A stretch of 64,000 bases of DNA, taken from the NCBI GenBank assembly GCA_942490825.1, contig CALNYG010000005.1, positions 70,240 through 134,239 on the forward strand, read 5' to 3'. Shown here in pieces: positions 62,755-64,000 of the stretch. The stretch is from Candidatus Moraniibacteriota bacterium (GTDB lineage: Bacteria; Patescibacteriota; Minisyncoccia; Moranbacterales; GCA-2747515). Numbering within the stretch: position 1 is the stretch's first letter; every line of letters begins with the position of its first letter. Under the pieces are notes generated by a model. It ran no database searches and was not told where the DNA came from. It worked only from the letters and a program-made list of their open reading frames with translations. The position numbers and the translations under genes were made by a program.

Positions 62755-62946
62755 AATATTTAAAAAAATTATTTACTGTTTGCCTTGTCATCCTGAAAAA
62801 TTATTTCATTTTTTGTAAAAAAATTAAAAAATTTGTTCAGGATCTCAGATTAAAATTAAAAGTTTTGTTTTTATACAGATCTAAATTTACACTAACCTAC
62901 TCTAAATATAGCATGTAATATCTCTTTAAAGCAACGAGATTTCAGC

Positions 62947-63657
62947 TTATTCACTCACCAAACCCTCATAATCAATCCAATTATCCAACTCTTGAGGATT
63001 TTGAACATAGCCCACAAAATTAACAACTTCCCCACGATGAATCCCCAGATGCAAATGTTTCCTTTCATTATCAGTTTCCGAACTAAAACCCTCACCCAAA
63101 ATACCAATCTTCTGACCCTGATCAATATTTTCATTTAACTTTTTTGAAACACTCGCTAATTTCAGATGACCATAAATTACAGTAACAGCCTCATCATTAA
63201 TTTCACATTGTTGAACTATCACGCCACCATAACCAGCCATCCATCTTTTTACAATTAATCTCCCTGTGCAAATCGCCAAAACATCCACTTCCAGATTTTC
63301 CTCCTCTGCAAAAACTTCAAAGTCAACACTTGTATGATATCCATAGAATATTTCTGGTTGAACGGGTGAATTATTAGGAGAAACTTTAATACCAAAAGGC
63401 TTTTTAGTAACACGCTTTAAAGCGTTATCAATAGGTTTAGGAAACTCATTTTTTTCATCAGCATAAGAAATTGTTTCTTTTGACGTGAAATCTTTATTAT
63501 TATCATTTTGAACATCACTTTCAGTTATTATAGCTGTATTATCATTAATGTTTGCGTTATTTTTTCTTGATTTATTTAAGAAAATTAAGAATATTAAAAA
63601 AACAATAAAAATTATTAAAGTAATTCCTAAGATTGTAAATAAATTTTTTTTATTCAT
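62947..63657 (-). CDS. M23-family (LytM-like) metallopeptidase
   Basis: 236 aa. Signal anchor. GYHTSVDF, GYGGVIVQQCE.....TVIYGHL and HLHLGIH give the HxxxD / HxH zinc-site pattern of M23 peptidases. Confidence 0.85.
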   Translation of the reverse strand: MNKKNLFTILGITLIIFIVFLIFLIFLNKSRKNNANINDNTAIITESDVQNDNNKDFTSKETISYADEKNEFPKPIDNALKRVTKKPFGIKVSPNNSPVQPEIFYGYHTSVDFEVFAEEENLEVDVLAICTGRLIVKRWMAGYGGVIVQQCEINDEAVTVIYGHLKLASVSKKLNENIDQGQKIGILGEGFSSETDNERKHLHLGIHRGEVVNFVGYVQNPQELDNWIDYEGLVSE

Positions 63658-64000
63658 AATTTTTTATTAAAAGATAATTATACCGTTTTCAATTAACATC
63701 TCCTCATTCTTAAATATTTATTTGTGACAAAACATCACAAATGTTAATTATTAAAAATAATCACTGAGGAACAATTATTTAGAAATCGTATCAGAAGTAT
63801 CAGAGATGAATTGAAAAACTTAGCAAACAGGGCTTCTAACCCTGTTTGTACAGGGGTCGAATCCCTGTCTGCGAAAAAACAATTAGTTATATCAGAACTA
63901 GTAAATTCCTCTATAATTTTTATTTTATTTTTCAAAATAATAAAAAAACAAATCGTCCCCTATTTAAGTTACGGAGTAGTTTATTAGGGATGGTATTAAT

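Noticed and set aside
63826-63878. A tRNA-Arg(TCT)-like sequence is present: an anticodon-arm-like AACAGGG CTTCTAA CCCTGTT, a T-arm-like CAGGG GTCGAAT CCCTG, and an acceptor-like TCTGCGA.
   Set aside because: No matching 5' acceptor strand or D arm lies upstream, and the T loop starts with G instead of T. It may be a tRNA 3'-half remnant or simply two CAGGG/CCCTG hairpins related to the local repeat modules. It is too close to the window end to resolve, and it is not a repeat of the tRNA-Val 3' end, so it does not delimit the island.

Overview
AT-rich bacterial chromosomal window. Gene content suggests a small-genome Patescibacteria/CPR-like organism using the standard genetic code; this lineage call is inference only. 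The housekeeping backbone is: hup, rny, recA, rodZ-like, ftsK, smpB plus tmRNA, infC-rpmI-rplT, tgt, recO, ileS, comM, lspA, yraN, a candidate RNase P RNA, nrdG-like, xerC/D-like, pcrA/uvrD, a UbiA-family gene, tRNA-Pro, rpsA, cmk, tilS, ftsH and tRNA-Val. No rRNA genes and no CRISPR array were seen. Unusual content, in rough priority order: (1) Almost every longer intergenic gap is filled by mosaics of short repeat modules: GTAG-hairpin REP-like elements of several sequence classes, a GC-rich 17-mer present 11 times, GTCATT-ended MITEs, a 97-bp palindromic element, and a two-hairpin element of about 125 bp (about 160 bp with flanking modules). The window holds a single RAYT-type Y1 (HUH) transposase gene. 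(2) That RAYT sits between a convincing T-box leader and ileS. (3) The IleRS carries an insertion of about 180 aa that looks like an intact serine hydrolase, placed inside the CP1 editing-domain region. (4) A 1483-aa membrane-anchored protein has phage-tail-fibre-type repeats and a near-perfect 558-bp tandem duplication, and is followed by a 626-aa beta-sandwich repeat protein. (5) A five-gene co-directional island next to an atypical tRNA-Val encodes an EcoRI-family N6-adenine MTase, a KTSC protein, a DUF2130 protein with a PD-(D/E)XK-like motif, a Bro-N/DinD-like protein and a DUF262-HNH protein, with an operator-like TGCAC/GTGCA array. (6) Three perfect DnaA boxes cluster at the point where coding-strand bias flips, with no dnaA gene in view. 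(7) Two inverted IS1-family copies each keep their own 8-bp target duplication, and one is decaying. (8) Two unrelated genes share a roughly 200-nt promoter-plus-leader with a covarying hairpin. All family assignments come from motif recognition by eye. No database search was run.
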